Assembly (NCBI GenBank): GCA_951406725.2
Contig: OX597827.1
Span: 7,192,001 to 7,256,000, forward strand
Reading direction: 5' to 3'
Source of the DNA: Octopus vulgaris
Lineage: Eukaryota
Length of the DNA stretch: 64,000 nt
The notes under the pieces were generated by a model. The model saw only the letters and a program-made list of their open reading frames with translations, was not told the DNA's origin and did not search any database. The translations under genes were made by a program, and so were the position numbers. Positions 1 through 14,214 of this stretch are shown piece after piece (within the stretch, counting starts at the first letter, position 1; each line of letters starts with the position of its first letter).

Positions 1-40
1 CATGCATTATGTCAACAACAGCGACTTTGAAGATGATATT

Positions 41-133
41 GGTGGTGGTGGTGGTGGTGGTGGTGATGGTAGTGGTGTCTGTGGGTAAGAGGAGGTGGTA
101 ACAGTGGAGATGATGGTGATGATAATGACAATA

Positions 134-181
<48 letters not shown>

Positions 182-400
182 CTGGAAGAGGTAGTAAAAC
201 AATTGGGGTGGGGGTGGGTAGTGATGGAGGTTGGTGGCGTTGGTGGTGTGGTAGGGATGATGATGATGATGATGATGATGACGGTGATGATGATGATGAT
301 GATGATGACGATGATGGTGATGATGATGCTAGAAGAGGTAGTAGAACAATTGGGGGGGGCGGGGTAGTGATGGAGGTTGGTGGCGTTGGTGGTGTGGTAG

Positions 401-435
<35 letters not shown>

Positions 436-600
436 GTGATGGTGACAACGACGGTGATGAGGAAGATGATGACGACGATGATGAGGATGATGATGATGAT
501 GCCACATTGCCATCCCTTCCCCCTGCTGATGCCGGATGATTACAATGATGGTGATGGTGATGATGGTGATGATGGTGATGGTAGTAGTGGTGTTGATAGT
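41..600. repeat. (GAT)n/(GGT)n low-complexity tract with ~147-bp tandem duplication
   Basis: Unit GCTRGAAGAGGTAGTARAACAATTGGGG...GTAGGGATGA occurs at ~181 and ~328, separated by GAT runs. Confidence 0.9.
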
Positions 601-629
601 TTAATGGAAGCAATGTTGTTGGAACTTAC

Positions 630-789
630 CTGGCAATTCCTCATAGAGGATTGTGTTGCCATCACTACAACCATTGCCACTGTCATCATATGACGACATT
701 GTGGACTTCTCGCTGAAATGATCAGAAGATGTCAGCATATCTTCTCTTTCTCTGAAATTCTCAGCTGCCAATGAATTATGTAAGGCCAT
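630..789 (-). CDS. Protocadherin second coding exon (cytoplasmic, DSG-x-G-x-S motif)
   Basis: Acceptor ttcattccag|ATG at 790/789 is phase 0, matching the exon 1 donor. It encodes MALHNSLAAENFREREDMLTSSDHFSEKSTMSSYDDSGNGCSDGNTILYEELP(G) and ends at a consensus donor CAG|GTAAGT at 630/629. DSGxGxS resembles the conserved protocadherin cytoplasmic motif. Confidence 0.82.
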
Positions 790-904
790 CTGGAATGAAA
801 TAACGAGATGAGGATGATTACAACTCAATTAATTTTACTTAACGATTGTTTATTAAAGGAATGAAATGTCATTATTTAATCGTTAGTTTGAATCTGAGAT
901 TGAT

Positions 905-1293
<389 letters not shown>

Positions 1294-1567
1294 CTGTGGC
1301 TAGTGGTTTTCTTAGGGCATCAGTCTGCAGATTAAAGGTTTAGTTTTAGTAGTTTATATACTATCAAACACATCATCAATATTTGCCTTACTCTACCAGG
1401 GTCCCATAAGCTACCAGAGCCCCATTTTTCCTTTGTGATAGGGAGGAAGTGGTTGTTTTGTAGCAAGGAAATGGATACTTGGAGTGATTCCTGAACCTTT
1501 CAACCAGTGCAGCTGTCCAGGGCTTGAAGAGCTAAGCAGGGGGCCTTTGAATATCTCATGGGTTCAT

Positions 1568-1608
<41 letters not shown>

Positions 1609-3255
1609 ACATACACATGCATGCATATGCACACACAGACACAGACACACACTCACATAAATGGATAAATAAATAAAACCACAGATTCCTCAAATTTCGA
1701 GTGCCCTTCCTTTCCTAGAAACCTCCAACTTGCAAAATTTCTCTTGGTGACCCTGGGCAGAGGTTGTTCTCAGTATCTTACTGGCTCTTAATTCTTCTCA
1801 ATCCTCTGAAGGATTGAAAGCAAATTTCATTAGGGTAGGTTTTGTTCTCAGAATGTAAAGAGCTTAGAACAAACAACACCATGAAACCGTTCTCTGGTAT
1901 TGTAATGATTCTACCAATCAACCTCTGTGTCAAAATGACCTAGCAAAAGAAGAAAGCACAGTTTATCATTGAAAGCTACTAAGATACTGTAGTGGGATAA
2001 GACTCTGTCCCGAATTAATAGTAAGGAGATCGATGTCTCCAGTAATATTCTTTTTAATTTTGGCACAAGGCCAGCAATTTTGAGAGAAGTGGAATTGTAA
2101 GTCAATTACATCAACACCAGTGCTGAAATGGTACTTATTTTATTGATCCTAAGAGGATAAAAAGCAAAGTTACCATCTGTGGTATTTGAACTCAGACCAT
2201 AAAGAGATGCTGCTAAGCATTTTGCCCAGCATAGTAAATGTTTCTGCCAGCTTGCTACCTTGATATCTCTAGCAGCATTAATTTCCAAGAAGCATCAAGC
2301 ATGGTGCAATCTTTTGTCATAAGTTATTAAAACCCTGCTGTTCTAAGGAGATGTTACAATTCCCAGGTATCTATATTGGAATGAAATATTACTACATATC
2401 AATATTAGCCATGAGTTCACAAAGTTGATGTTATGACCTTTTACTATTTGTCAGAATTAAGGTAGCAATGTGAATTAAAGCTCTCTATGCAATTATTCAT
2501 AAGAGGCTTATTATTAACTCCTCAATATGTATTGTACTATTAAACAGTATTGAATAATCCATAGTTGCTAAGTGTTACTGTTGTTTAGCTTCAAGTCAGC
2601 CCCAATCAAGCCAACCTATGATCAAAGGTGTTCCAACTATTAATATCTCATTCCATCTATTTTCTACATTTAGGAAAATATTGCCCGATGTATACTTCAT
2701 TTTTTCTAAGACACTAGATGGTGTGATTTGGTTGCTATTTCTAGCAAGTTGAGCAACTGGATATACACTCCTTTATTGACTTTTATATATAGCAGGGTAC
2801 TGTGTTAAGGCATAGAGATAAAATTGAAAAGGCTTAAGATTCTCTCATGTTGTAAACAATATCTAAGATAAAGACTCAGAAATAAACATTTTGTATAGTT
2901 TTGTATCAAAATCAATCAAACTATTTGTGCTATATAAAGGAGCATTGATCTTGTAAGAATTCTTAGGCTAAATGAATTAATATAGTTTTTAAGTATTGAT
3001 GAGTGTTAGTCATACCTCGAAAAGAAAGCAAAAATAAGCATCAGATGTATCCAATATTATAATCAAAATTATTGATTCAGTAAAACAGCCCCTTGCTTAG
3101 AACCTTAGAAAATTGTATATTAGATAAAGTTAGAATTTTACTATAAGACAGAAGAGAACTACTACAGATCTTAGTGAAGATTTAGAATTATCTTATATAC
3201 ATTTTGATCTGATTCATGCATTTGATTTTGATTCATGTAGATATTGCATGTTTAC

Positions 3256-5634
3256 CTGGTTTGTTCCTTGGCAGATGTTCTGTCGATGAGACTGTAACGG
3301 AGAACCGTGCCATGTTGAATCGTGGTAAAGCTCCTTTCTTAATAATGTTGCCTGAGAAACTGCAGAATTAATTCCTGGGTGTGTCAACATTACTTCTTGA
3401 CTGTCACTTTGGGGAGACATTGGGTTACATCCATATTCGGACTGTCCGTTTTGATTCATGAATTTCTGACCTTGTTCGCGCCTTTCACAGTAAAGGATTT
3501 CCCTCCGATGGTTCCTCCTCACAATGCATACTGTGATGGAGACCACAATAGTTATAGATACAATAACTGCTGCCACTAGTATAATAACCATCACATTGAC
3601 AGGTATTTCTTTGGTTGATAGTTTATGACGACTTGTCAAAAATTTGGAAGTACTATTGCTGACTGTCAATGTCAAAGTTAACAAAGTCGTTGTTGACAAA
3701 GCTGGAGTGCCACTATCTTTAACAGACACATTCAGTTTATAGAAACCAGCATCAACTTTGTAAACAGAGCGAGAAAAAGACATGACCCCAGAATACATGT
3801 CAAGGGAAAATAATTTCTTGTCATTGCCATCAAGTATTTCATATTGAAGGAAAGAATTCAATTGACTATCTCTGTCGTATGCTCTGAGGGTTGTGATGGC
3901 TTTTTGTCTTTTAGGATGGTAATGGACTTTAAGGTGGAATGGATCAACTCCAGGAAAAGTGAAATATGGAACATTATCATTTTTATCCATAATTTCAACA
4001 ATGACATTTGCTGTATTTTTCAATGGGGGTGTTCCATTATCCTTGACTACGACCGCCAATCTGTATCTGTCTTGTTTCTCTCTATCCAGTGGTTGTGTTG
4101 TTGTGATAAATCCATAGTTTGAAATTCTAAAAGGAAGTAAATTTTCAGTAGAATTCATGAGATAATAGGTCAGTTGACCTCCTGCACCCAGATCTGGATC
4201 AGTGGCATTGATTAGACCAATTGGAAAGTCTGGTTCTCCATTTTCATATGTAAAAAATTGAAAACTTTCCTGACTGAACTGAGGTTTTACATCGTTGATA
4301 TCTGTCACTTGTATAGAAATTTTTCTAACGGCTGTCTTTGGAGGAGTGCCTCTGTCTTGACAAGATATGTTGAAATCAATGTAGCTGTTTGCTTCCCTGT
4401 CTATGGCATTCTTTACAACTATTTTATATTTCTTGTCATCCAGTGGCTGAAGAATAAAATCCTCATGTTCCAGTTGACAACTTACTTGCCCATTGCTTCC
4501 AATATCATTGTCAATGACCTTCACATATGCTACAAAACTACCAATATCAACATCTTCAGAAATGCTGGCCGTGTCTTCATTTGTCTGTGAAAAGAAGTTG
4601 AGTTCTATACTTGGGCTCGAGTTATCCTGATTTTCAATGTTGATTTGTAGAATGGCTGTTGAACTCATTGATGGACTGCCGCCATCTCTGGCATCAATAT
4701 ACAACAAATACTTGTGTTTCTTATTAAATGAGAAATCATTTGACAAGAATACTTCTCCTGTTGCATTATTTAGCTTGAAATATAATTTGGCCAATGGTGT
4801 AGTTTTAGTTCCAAAATGGTAAGAGACTTTTCCATTTCTTCCAGCATCAATATCACTTGCTTGTAACCTAACAATGGGTTTCCTTGTTTGGTGTGTATTG
4901 TTTAGTGAAATATTATAGGTATTTTGAGCAAAAATAGGGGCATTATCATTTTCATCTGTGACAATTATCTGAACATTTGAGACACCTAACTTTGGTGGAC
5001 TGCCTCCGTCTTTAGCAATTATTTGTACAAAATAGGTGTCTTTTATTTCTCGATCTAATTCTTCAGTCAGGATAATTTCAAGTTTCGAAGAACCATCCAC
5101 TCTTTTGTCTGTTTTCAACTTGAATTGCTTATGTATATTTCCCAGCCTGTAAGTGATCTGTGAATTTAAAAAACCAACATCTTTGTCCACTGCATTTGGG
5201 ATCGATTTTTTGGTCCCTTTCCCATCTGTTTCATAAAACTGTAGGTTTATGTACTTTTCTTGAAAATCTGGTCGGTTGTCATTAACATCTTCTATTATTA
5301 CTTTCACTTCAAGTATCTTAACAAATGATTTTTTCTTTAGGACAGCAATTTCAAGTATTTCAAAGCATTCTGTATTGTATTTACACGTAATTTCGGCGTC
5401 AATTGTTTTTGCCAAATAAAGTCTTCCCTTTTTGCTGATGTTAAAAAAGTCGGAGAATTCATTCTTTTGCAGCGGAGAAAATTTTACTTCACTTCGCCTT
5501 ATCGATGGCAGCGTAACATTACGTGCAATATCTCCAATGAAGGTTCCAGGCAGTAAATTTTCTTTCACTCTGTATGTAATGTCCACACTCAGAGAGGTGG
5601 TGAAAAGTAACAGAAAACACACTTCTCGCAACAT
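3256..5634 (-). CDS. Protocadherin, large first coding exon (signal peptide, 6 cadherin repeats, TM helix, proximal cytoplasmic tail)
   Basis: 806-aa ORF with a hydrophobic N-terminus and cadherin motifs (DVNDNRPDF, DENDNAPIF, DINDVKPQF, DKNDNVPYF, LDRE, ATDPD, DGGSP). TM is VMVIILVAAVIVSITIVVSITVCIV. Acceptor tttcag|G lies at 5648/5647 just upstream of the ATG. A phase-0 donor CAG|GTAAAC follows codon 793 (3256/3255). Unspliced, the ORF stops at 3214. Confidence 0.96.
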
Positions 5635-6996
5635 TATAAAAATTTACCTGAAATTAAATTAAAAAAAAAAACAAAATAAAAAAACAAAACAAGAAGAAAT
5701 ATTGTAAATATTATTATTATTATTAAAAGTAACAGAAAACACACTTTTCTCAACATTATAAAAATTTACCTGAAATTAAATAAAAAAAAAACAATAAAAA
5801 TAATAAAAAACAAAAAGAAATATTGTAAATATTATTTGTCATGTGTTTTGCACACAATTTTCTGCAAAATCAGTTAAAAACAACAACATGAAGAATAAAA
5901 AGGAGTAGAACAATGTTCATGATTGTATGCCTTGTTATAGAAATCAACTTCTGACTTCTGCCTTTTCTATTCTTTTACAACTGTCTTATGACAGCTTACT
6001 TCAATATCAAACAATTAACATTAGATGGATTGTTATGAGTGACATTGTTTGTGATTATTGCACTTGCATCCATTCCCCCTTCTAGGTGAAGGTGACTAAT
6101 ACAAAAGGGAATAAGGAGTGAAAGAAGGAGAGTAAGAGAGTGAGAGGAACAGACAGACAGAGAGAGTGGGGGAGAGAGAGCATTGTTATTGTTTTCCTGG
6201 GACACTTTACAAGTAAGCTAACTATTCTGAAACAATATTAACAATCAATAAACAATGATCTAAAATAGCAATGCTGTACAGGGAAAGGCTTTATATATGT
6301 TTATTTCCATCTTGGAAATATTGTCATGATGTATTTATCTTTCATTTATAACCAGAAAGCATGCAGGTTCTTAAATATCTTCTAATTATAAAAAAAGTAA
6401 AATAGATCTACAGAATTTACAGAAAAAAAAAAGAAAGAAAAAAGTAAAGAAAATATTGCATTGCAATTATTACCATATTGTTAATTTTGAAATCCAATGT
6501 AATTACTTTTGAGTAGTGTTAATAATTATGACAATAATTATTATAATAGAGTTGTCAACAATAATAAACAAAGTCATCAAGATGGAAACATAAGAAAACT
6601 TGCTTCTCTTTTCTCTGACTCATTCACAAACCTGTTTGTTTATTAATGATAATTTATTCACTATTTATATATTGATTATATTTCTGGATGTTGTGAAAAC
6701 TGTTGAATGCTTAAACTTGAACTAAATGGTTAAATTTTGCCCAAAAAATTACATTTGTAAGAAAGATCACAGATTGATGTAAGAAGCATAAAAATAATCA
6801 CCACCGACTCTGAATGAATAAAACACCATGTAAACAAGAGGAAGGTAGAGGGCTCTTTGTTCTTACGCAATGGTTTATAATTGGTTATGTGTATGAGATA
6901 AGGCTGTGTTGTTGCCTAACAACTTCTAAAGCAACTAAAGAAAAAAATATATATCATTTGAAGAAAATACAAAATTGACAAAGAAAACTGACTTAC

Positions 6997-7340
6997 ATAG
7001 ATGCAGATCCTTCTTGTGTGTCATCTATCCAAAGACAAAAAAAAAAAACAACTGTCCCTTAACTGCTTAATAATAATCCCTCGTGCTTAAATATTCTGTG
7101 TTAGTGTTTTTAAAGGGTTGTGAATGCTGTTTTGCTTTGTCTGTGATGGAGTGAAACCGGCTTTGCTGCTTCTTCATGTGCTTAAGCTGTGTTGTGCTGT
7201 GCTGTGTGTATGTTGTATACACAGTAGCCAATAGCAGGCAGCTTATGCTTAATACTTGCTATCCAGTAAGGTGTAGTAGGGTGTAAATAGGTGGGGAAGG
7301 GGAACAGGAAACATAGGCCCCCTGTCTCCCTCAGCAATTA
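6997..7340 (-). promoter_or_regulatory. Candidate promoter and non-coding first exon of the protocadherin
   Basis: Consensus donor |GTAAGT on the minus strand at 6997/6996. Repeat-free, locally GC-richer unique sequence at 7140-7330 contains a CCAAT (7228-7232). The coding exon starts with an acceptor, so an upstream exon is needed. Confidence 0.4.
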
Positions 7341-8139
7341 GGATTTTCTATATAAATTAGTCATCAGTCTATATTTCTTTCCTTAAATTGAATTTCAGAA
7401 TTATCATCAAGGATCATAAATAAAAAAAATCATACTAATGTAACATTTAAAAGCCTGAAATTTTAAGAGAAGTAAATTTCTCACTTTTATTTTCAGGTTT
7501 TTGCAAAAGGAAAAAAAAAAAGGAAAAAACCAGAAGCAAAAAAACAAAAACAACAAATATATATTTCTTGTATTGATTGCATTTGTAAATATAAAAAGAA
7601 AATCTAGAAATTCAACAAATAAGCAAAAATTTAATTACAGTTGCACTTTCTACATTTTATTAATTAATTACAAAACTAATTGGGGACAGTTATCAAGTTT
7701 GGCTTACTTCTATGTAACAAAGGAAAAGTTTAGGGAAGCGTGAATATTTATTTTTTGGTGCATGTGTATGTCTGTCTGTGTTGTATAATCCTTGGTTAGC
7801 CTTTATCCTGCAGATAAATGAATCTTTAAATACATTCTACCCATGACCATTCCATCTGAATTTCATAGATGATGCATCTAGGACTACAATATTCAAAATT
7901 CTTTCTTTGTTTAAGATGGTAGAGCTTGTGATATGAGGGAAATTTAGATACTGTTTCTAGCAGGTCAAATGTTCATACAGAGACATTTTCATTATCATTA
8001 TATTATGTAGCACGTGTAGTAATAATGCATGTGTATATGTGTACTTGGCACAGTGTGTGTATGCGTGTGCATGAGTCTGTGTGTGTGTGCAAGTGTGAGC
8101 ATGTGTGTACACGTGTGTCTGTGTGTGTGTGAGTGTGTG

Positions 8140-8170
<31 letters not shown>

Positions 8171-8442
8171 TTGCACAGAATCATGTTTACAATGTTTGGA
8201 GACAGAAAAAGAGGGAGTGAAAAGATGAGAGGATGACAGAAAGAAAAAATAGGGAAAGGAAGGAAAGAGATGGGGGGGGGAGACACAAAGAGACAGCAGA
8301 AGTAAGACATGTAAAGTAATATGTATGACCAAAAATTTTAAGGAACCCTAATGGATAAAGCCATATCCTAAGTGATGGCGCTAAAGGCACATAGATTAGT
8401 ATCAAATAATTAAATACATATATACATACATACATACATACA

Positions 8443-8515
<73 letters not shown>

Positions 8516-8607
8516 GTATATATATCATATATATATATACATCTATATATATATATATATATATAGATATATAGAGACACACACACATACACATATATGT
8601 ATGTATG

Positions 8608-8655
<48 letters not shown>

Positions 8656-9445
8656 CACACACACATATATATGTGTGTGTGTGTGCATGTGTGTTTGTGT
8701 GTGTGTATGTTGTATATATCTATATCTACATATAAACAGGTGTATCAAAACTGAATATACATGCATATGTAAGTATAAATGTGCATGATATCTATCTATC
8801 TAACTCTGTGTGTGTGTGTGTATGTGTGTGTGTGTGTGCATATGCTTCATGAGATGGAAACATTTCCCAGATATTCTTTTTGGCATGATGATGAAATATT
8901 TAAAAAGGGAGGCTGACATAATATATTTAGTCAAATAAAAGAGCAAAATGTAAAAATATAAATCATTGAAAGTTATATCACTAATTAAAAACTAAAATAA
9001 TCATTAATTACCATTAAAGATAATTCTTGTCAAAAGCATAGTAACTACTCCAAAATTCAACATGATTAAAAAAAAAATGGAATGGTAGTGACATCATGCA
9101 GAGAGGATATTTGTCTGATCCCTTATGAGAATATTGACAATTCCAGACATGTTTAAATTTTAAAGTAAGTTCGAACCCATTTAACTATATATTCTCTATG
9201 CAGAAAGCAACCCTGAGACGTTTTTCTATCTCATAATTTTACATTTTTCTAATCACTCACTGTAGTCTTACAACAATCTTAGGTGTGGTTGTGTGGTAAT
9301 AATTTTGCTTTCTAACCACATGGTTCAGGGTTCAGTCCCACAGTGTGCCACTTAATGTGAGTGTCTTCGGACTGTAAACTCAAAGCAAACCAAAGCTTTG
9401 TGAGTGAATTTGATGATGAAAGGAAACAGAAAGAAGCCTGTCATA

Positions 9446-9479
9446 TGTATTTGTATGTCTGTCTGTCTGTCTGCCTGCC

Positions 9480-9510
<31 letters not shown>

Positions 9511-9669
9511 ATGCATGCATGTATGTGTGTGTGTATGCATGCATGTATGTATGTATGTATGTATGTATGTATGTATGTATGTATGTATGTATGTATGCGT
9601 GTATGTATGTATGTATGTATGCGTGTATGTATGTATGTATGTGTGTGTGTATGTATGTATGTATGTATG

Positions 9670-9704
<35 letters not shown>

Positions 9705-10045
9705 GCATGTGTGTGTGTGTGTATGTATGCATGCATGTATGTATGTATGTATGTATGTATGTATGTATGTGTGTGTGTATGTATGTATGTATGTATGTGT
9801 GTGTGTATGTATGTATGTATGTATGTATGTATGTATGTATGTATGCATGTATGTATGCATGCATGTATGTATGCAAGTATGTATGTATGCATGCATGCAT
9901 GCATGTATGTATGTATGTATGTTTGTATGTATGCATGCATGCATGCATACATGCATGCCTGCATGCATATATGCATGCATGAAAGTATGTATGTATGCAA
10001 GTACATATGTACATATTTATGTATATTACTATGTGTGTGTGTGTG
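9446..10045. repeat. (TGTA)n compound microsatellite following a SINE 5' half (9283-9445)
   Basis: Directly visible; it extends from the internal microsatellite position of SINE family A. Confidence 0.9.
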
Positions 10046-10333
10046 CGAGTGTGCCTTTGTATCTGGTAAATACATTAAGACTATTCCACAGAGGAGATTT
10101 AATAAGGCTCAAACATGTCTGAGGTTGATTACATATTTATCAAATATCAGACACACTCCACACTGCATGCTCCACCTTTCAATTTTAAGGAGTATTAAGC
10201 ATTAATCCTTAAAAAAATTCGAAATTTTTTTTTAATTATCAGTGTAATATTAACTGATTAAACATGTTTTTCTTTGTTGGCTAACTGTATTAAGAATGTG
10301 TCAATTCCCAGTAGAGGTGTGTGTATGTATGTA

Positions 10334-10754
10334 TGGCTGTGTGGTAAGTAACCTGCTTACCAACCACATGGTTCTGGGTTCAGTCCCACTGCGTGGCACC
10401 TTAGGCAAGTGTCTTCTACTATAACCTCAGACCGACCAAAGCCTTGTGAGTGGATTTGGTAGATGGAAACTGAAAGAAGCCTGTCGTATATATGTATATA
10501 TATATATATATGTGTGTGCGTGTGTTTGTGAGTGTGTTTGTGCGTCTGTGTTTGTCCCCCTAACATCGCCTGACAACCGACGCTAGTGTGTTTACGTCCC
10601 CGTCACTTAGCGGTTCGGCAAAAGAGACTGATAGAATAAGTACTAGGCTTACAAAGACTAAGTCCTGGGGTCGATTTGCTCGACTAAAAGGCGGTGCTCC
10701 AGCATGGCCACAGTCAAATGACTGAAGCAAGTAAAAGAGTAAAAGAGTAAAGAG
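10334..10754 (+). mobile_element. tRNA-derived CORE-like SINE (family A)
   Basis: A box TGGCTGTGTGGTAAG, B box GGTTCAGTCCC, CORE-like GGCACCTTRGGCAAGTG, internal (TA)n(TG)n and (GTAAAAGA)n tail. About 20 full or partial copies in the window. Confidence 0.9.
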
Positions 10755-10755
10755 C

Positions 10756-10797
<42 letters not shown>

Positions 10798-11420
10798 ATA
10801 TATACATACATACACATACATAAATAAATGCACACACACACGCACATATACACATATATATATCATCATCATCATGATTCAACATCAATTTTCCATGCTG
10901 GCATGGGCTGGGCAGTTTAACTAGAACTGCTATTATTATATGCATAAATATATACATACCTCTACACACACACACATGAATATATATATTTAATAATATG
11001 TACATGCATGCACATATATGCACACATATATATGTGTATCTTTGTGTGTGTGTGTGTGCATGTATATGTGTGTATGTGTATATATATGTGTGCATGTATG
11101 TATACATGTATATATGTGTATGTGTGTGTTTTTGTGTGTGTATGTATTTATACACACACATGAACACACACAATCATACACACATACACACACAGAGACA
11201 CACACACACACGAAATAGCTGTAACCTTGCCTCTAGTCAACCCAATCCTGGTTAGTGAAATTGTTATGATGCTGGAAACTGTTTGGAAGCCTGTCAAATA
11301 AACTTTAGCTGTAATACAATGGGCCAGCTTCTTTAATCAGTGTGCCATGTGCCATGCAGAGTCTGATGAATGATTATGTGAGGAGTACAATTGTCTATCA
11401 AATACTCGGCCTCTTGTACC

Positions 11421-11830
11421 GGAGGCGCGTGGCTTAGTGGTTAGGGTGTCAGCACCATGATCGTAAGATTGTGGTTTCAATTCCTGGACAGGGTGACGCA
11501 TTGTGTTCTTGAGCAAAACACTTCATTTCACGTTGCTCCAGTCTACTCAGCTGGCAAAAATGAGTAATGCTGCAATGGACTGACGTCCCATGCAGCTGAG
11601 GAACACATACGATCGTAAGATTGTGGTTTCGATTCCTGGACTGGGTGACGCGTTGTGTTCTGGAGCAAAACACGTCATTTCACGCTGCTCCAGTCCACTC
11701 AGCTGGCAAAAATGAGTAACGCTGCAATGGACTGGCATCCCGTCCAGCTGGGGAACACATACACCATAGAAACCAGGAAACCGGGCCCATGAGCCTGGCT
11801 AGGCTTTACAGGGGCGCATTTATTATTTAT
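11421..11830 (+). mobile_element. tRNA-derived SINE with internal ~152-bp tandem duplication
   Basis: Head GGAGGCGCGTGGCTTAGTGGTTAGGG; segment GATCGTAAGATTGTGGTTTC...GAACACATAC repeated at ~11459 and ~11611; (TTTA)n tail. Confidence 0.8.
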
Positions 11831-12281
11831 TATATAATTGAGGAAGAAGGAGTTCAGTTAATTGAGAAACTAGAATAGTTGTAGTTAAAAAGCGATGGAA
11901 GAGACTTTTATGAGGTGTTGGCTGAAAGGTCCATAGGCTGACTAAGAAACTTCCATGGAATGTGACCAAATGAGATTTATTTTTCAGCCTAGTCACCCTT
12001 GTGGTTCACACACTTCTTCTGTTCATCTTGTAACCATGTGGTTTCGTGTTTAGTCCCACTGTGTGGCACCTTGGGTAAGTGTTTTCTACTATAGCTCTCA
12101 GGTTGACAGTTGCCTTGTGAGTGAATTTGGCGCATGGAAACTGAAAGAAGCCCCTTGTAAGGTCCTTTTGGACATTGACAAATGAGGAATTAGATATGAA
12201 TTTTACATTTGTTATGTTTTTGTAAAATTTTCTGCCTGTTGTGATTTTGTCCAATAACTGAAATAATGGAAAAATAAAGAA

Positions 12282-12329
<48 letters not shown>

Positions 12330-13840
12330 TTTGCTCTGTAATCTAAGAGAGGTTGAACTATGTCTGCTTTTACTGATACTATCTTTTAATGTATTTTAAG
12401 AACTGAACTCACAGGATCTGGGTTTACTAGTATTACACGTTCTACATATATTGAACTCGAAAAGAACAGGAAATTTTGTCTGCTTAACATCAAAATATTT
12501 GACATTCACTGAATTAAACTATGTGCGCATATGTATGTGTGTTTGTGTGTGCATGTGTGTGTGTGCATGTGTGTTACGTGAATGTGGTATCTTGCTTGTT
12601 ATCATTGGAGAGATGCAGTCGTGATGGGTACGTTTCCTTGTTGACATTCTGGGGTCAACTGTGCTTTTGAAGATCAGTGAAACAATAACAGCAACAACAA
12701 CGAAAATTGCTTACTTGAAAGACATGTGAGGGTTGTTGATACTCAGAGCATCCGGCTCATGAAATTCCGCCTTGAAAAATCAATTCCTGCCCAAGCCATG
12801 TGAGCACGGAAAAAGTGAGACTAACCCTTTGGCGTTCAATCCGACCACATCTGGCCAAAATGTCCAACCAGTTTTATGGTGAAACCGGCCAGATCTGGCC
12901 TCTCACCTCAATCCTTCAATGTCATTCTAAAACTAAGCAATTACATCATCAAAATCTCTAAACTACAAGGTAATTAACGATTAATTAAAAACAAAAGAAA
13001 TAAACAAACATTGCATTTGATGGAACCAGATGGCTGCACCAGGCTCCAATCTTGATCTGGCAGAGTTATTGAATATCTTCATCATACAAAAATGAAAGGC
13101 CCTGTTCTGATCCAGTATGGTCTTGTCTGAGCTTATCTGTGAATGCTAAAGCAAATTAGAGAACTCTGGGACAATCCCATGACAAATAAAAGAGCTGGCA
13201 GAATAACATGGAAATTGAGTGAGTGTACATGTGTGTGTGTGTGCATGCATGTGTGTGTGTGTGTGTGTGTGTGCCTGTATGCACGTATGTGTGTGTGTAT
13301 GTGTGTGTGTGTGTGCATGCACGTATGTGTGTGTGTATGCGTGTGTGTGTGTGCATGCACGTATGTGTGTGTGTATGCGTGTGTGTGTGTGCATGCACGT
13401 GTGTGTTTGTGTGTGTTTGGAGAGGAAAGTTCAAATCAATTGATTTGAACCTCTGGGTTGTATCACCTGCAACACACTCATATACCCACCCACACACACA
13501 CACAAATACACACACACACACACACCATTCACTATAAGCTTTCATGAATGACACAGCCTCAGTACGTTCGATTTGGCAAATGTTACCTGTGGGAACACCT
13601 TTACAACTGATGAGGAAGTGTTGCTAATTTAGAATTTGAATTATTGTCCTGAGAAAAAAAGCTTTGTCATCGTATTAGTAATCCTCACTTTACCTTTGTA
13701 AACACCAAGGAAATTATACTACAGATCTTTCATGTGTATCACCTCTCTAATCAATGCATCAATAGTTTCCTTATACACGCTCCCACTCTTCCATACCAAA
13801 AAACAAAAACAACATACTATGATAAGATGAATATTGGTAT

Positions 13841-14214
13841 AGGAGTGGCTGTGTGGTAAGTAGCTTGCTTATGAATCACATGGTTCCAGGTTCAGTCCCA
13901 CTGCATGGCACCTTGGACAACTGTCTTCTACTGTAGCCTCGGGCTGACCAAAGCCTTGTGAGTGGATTTGGTAGACGGAAACTGAAAGAAGCCCATTGTA
14001 TATATGTATATATATACGAGTGTGTTTGTGTGTCTGACAACTGATTCTGGTGTGTTTATGTCCCTGTAACTTAGCGGTTCGGCAAAAGAGACTGATGGAA
14101 TAAGTACTAGGCTTACAAAGAATAAGTCCTGGGATCGATTTGCTAGACTAAAGGTGGTGCTCCAGCATGGCCACAGTCAAATGACTGAAACAAGTCAAAG
14201 AGCAAAAGAGAGAG
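13841..14214 (+). mobile_element. SINE family A
   Basis: Same head, body and tail as the 10334 copy. Confidence 0.9.

Noticed and set aside
7-693. Poly-His/Met/Asp/Ile ORFs
   Set aside because: Translations of (GAT)n/(GGT)n repeats in the protocadherin intron; no coding signal.
3379-5662. Plus-strand ORFs overlapping the protocadherin
   Set aside because: Antisense shadows of the real CDS.
10357-10853. Recurrent ORFs such as MLGGQTQTH..CHAVGLNPEPCGW and SFDCGHAGAPP
   Set aside because: Chance translations of SINE family A; same peptide at every copy, with frameshifts.
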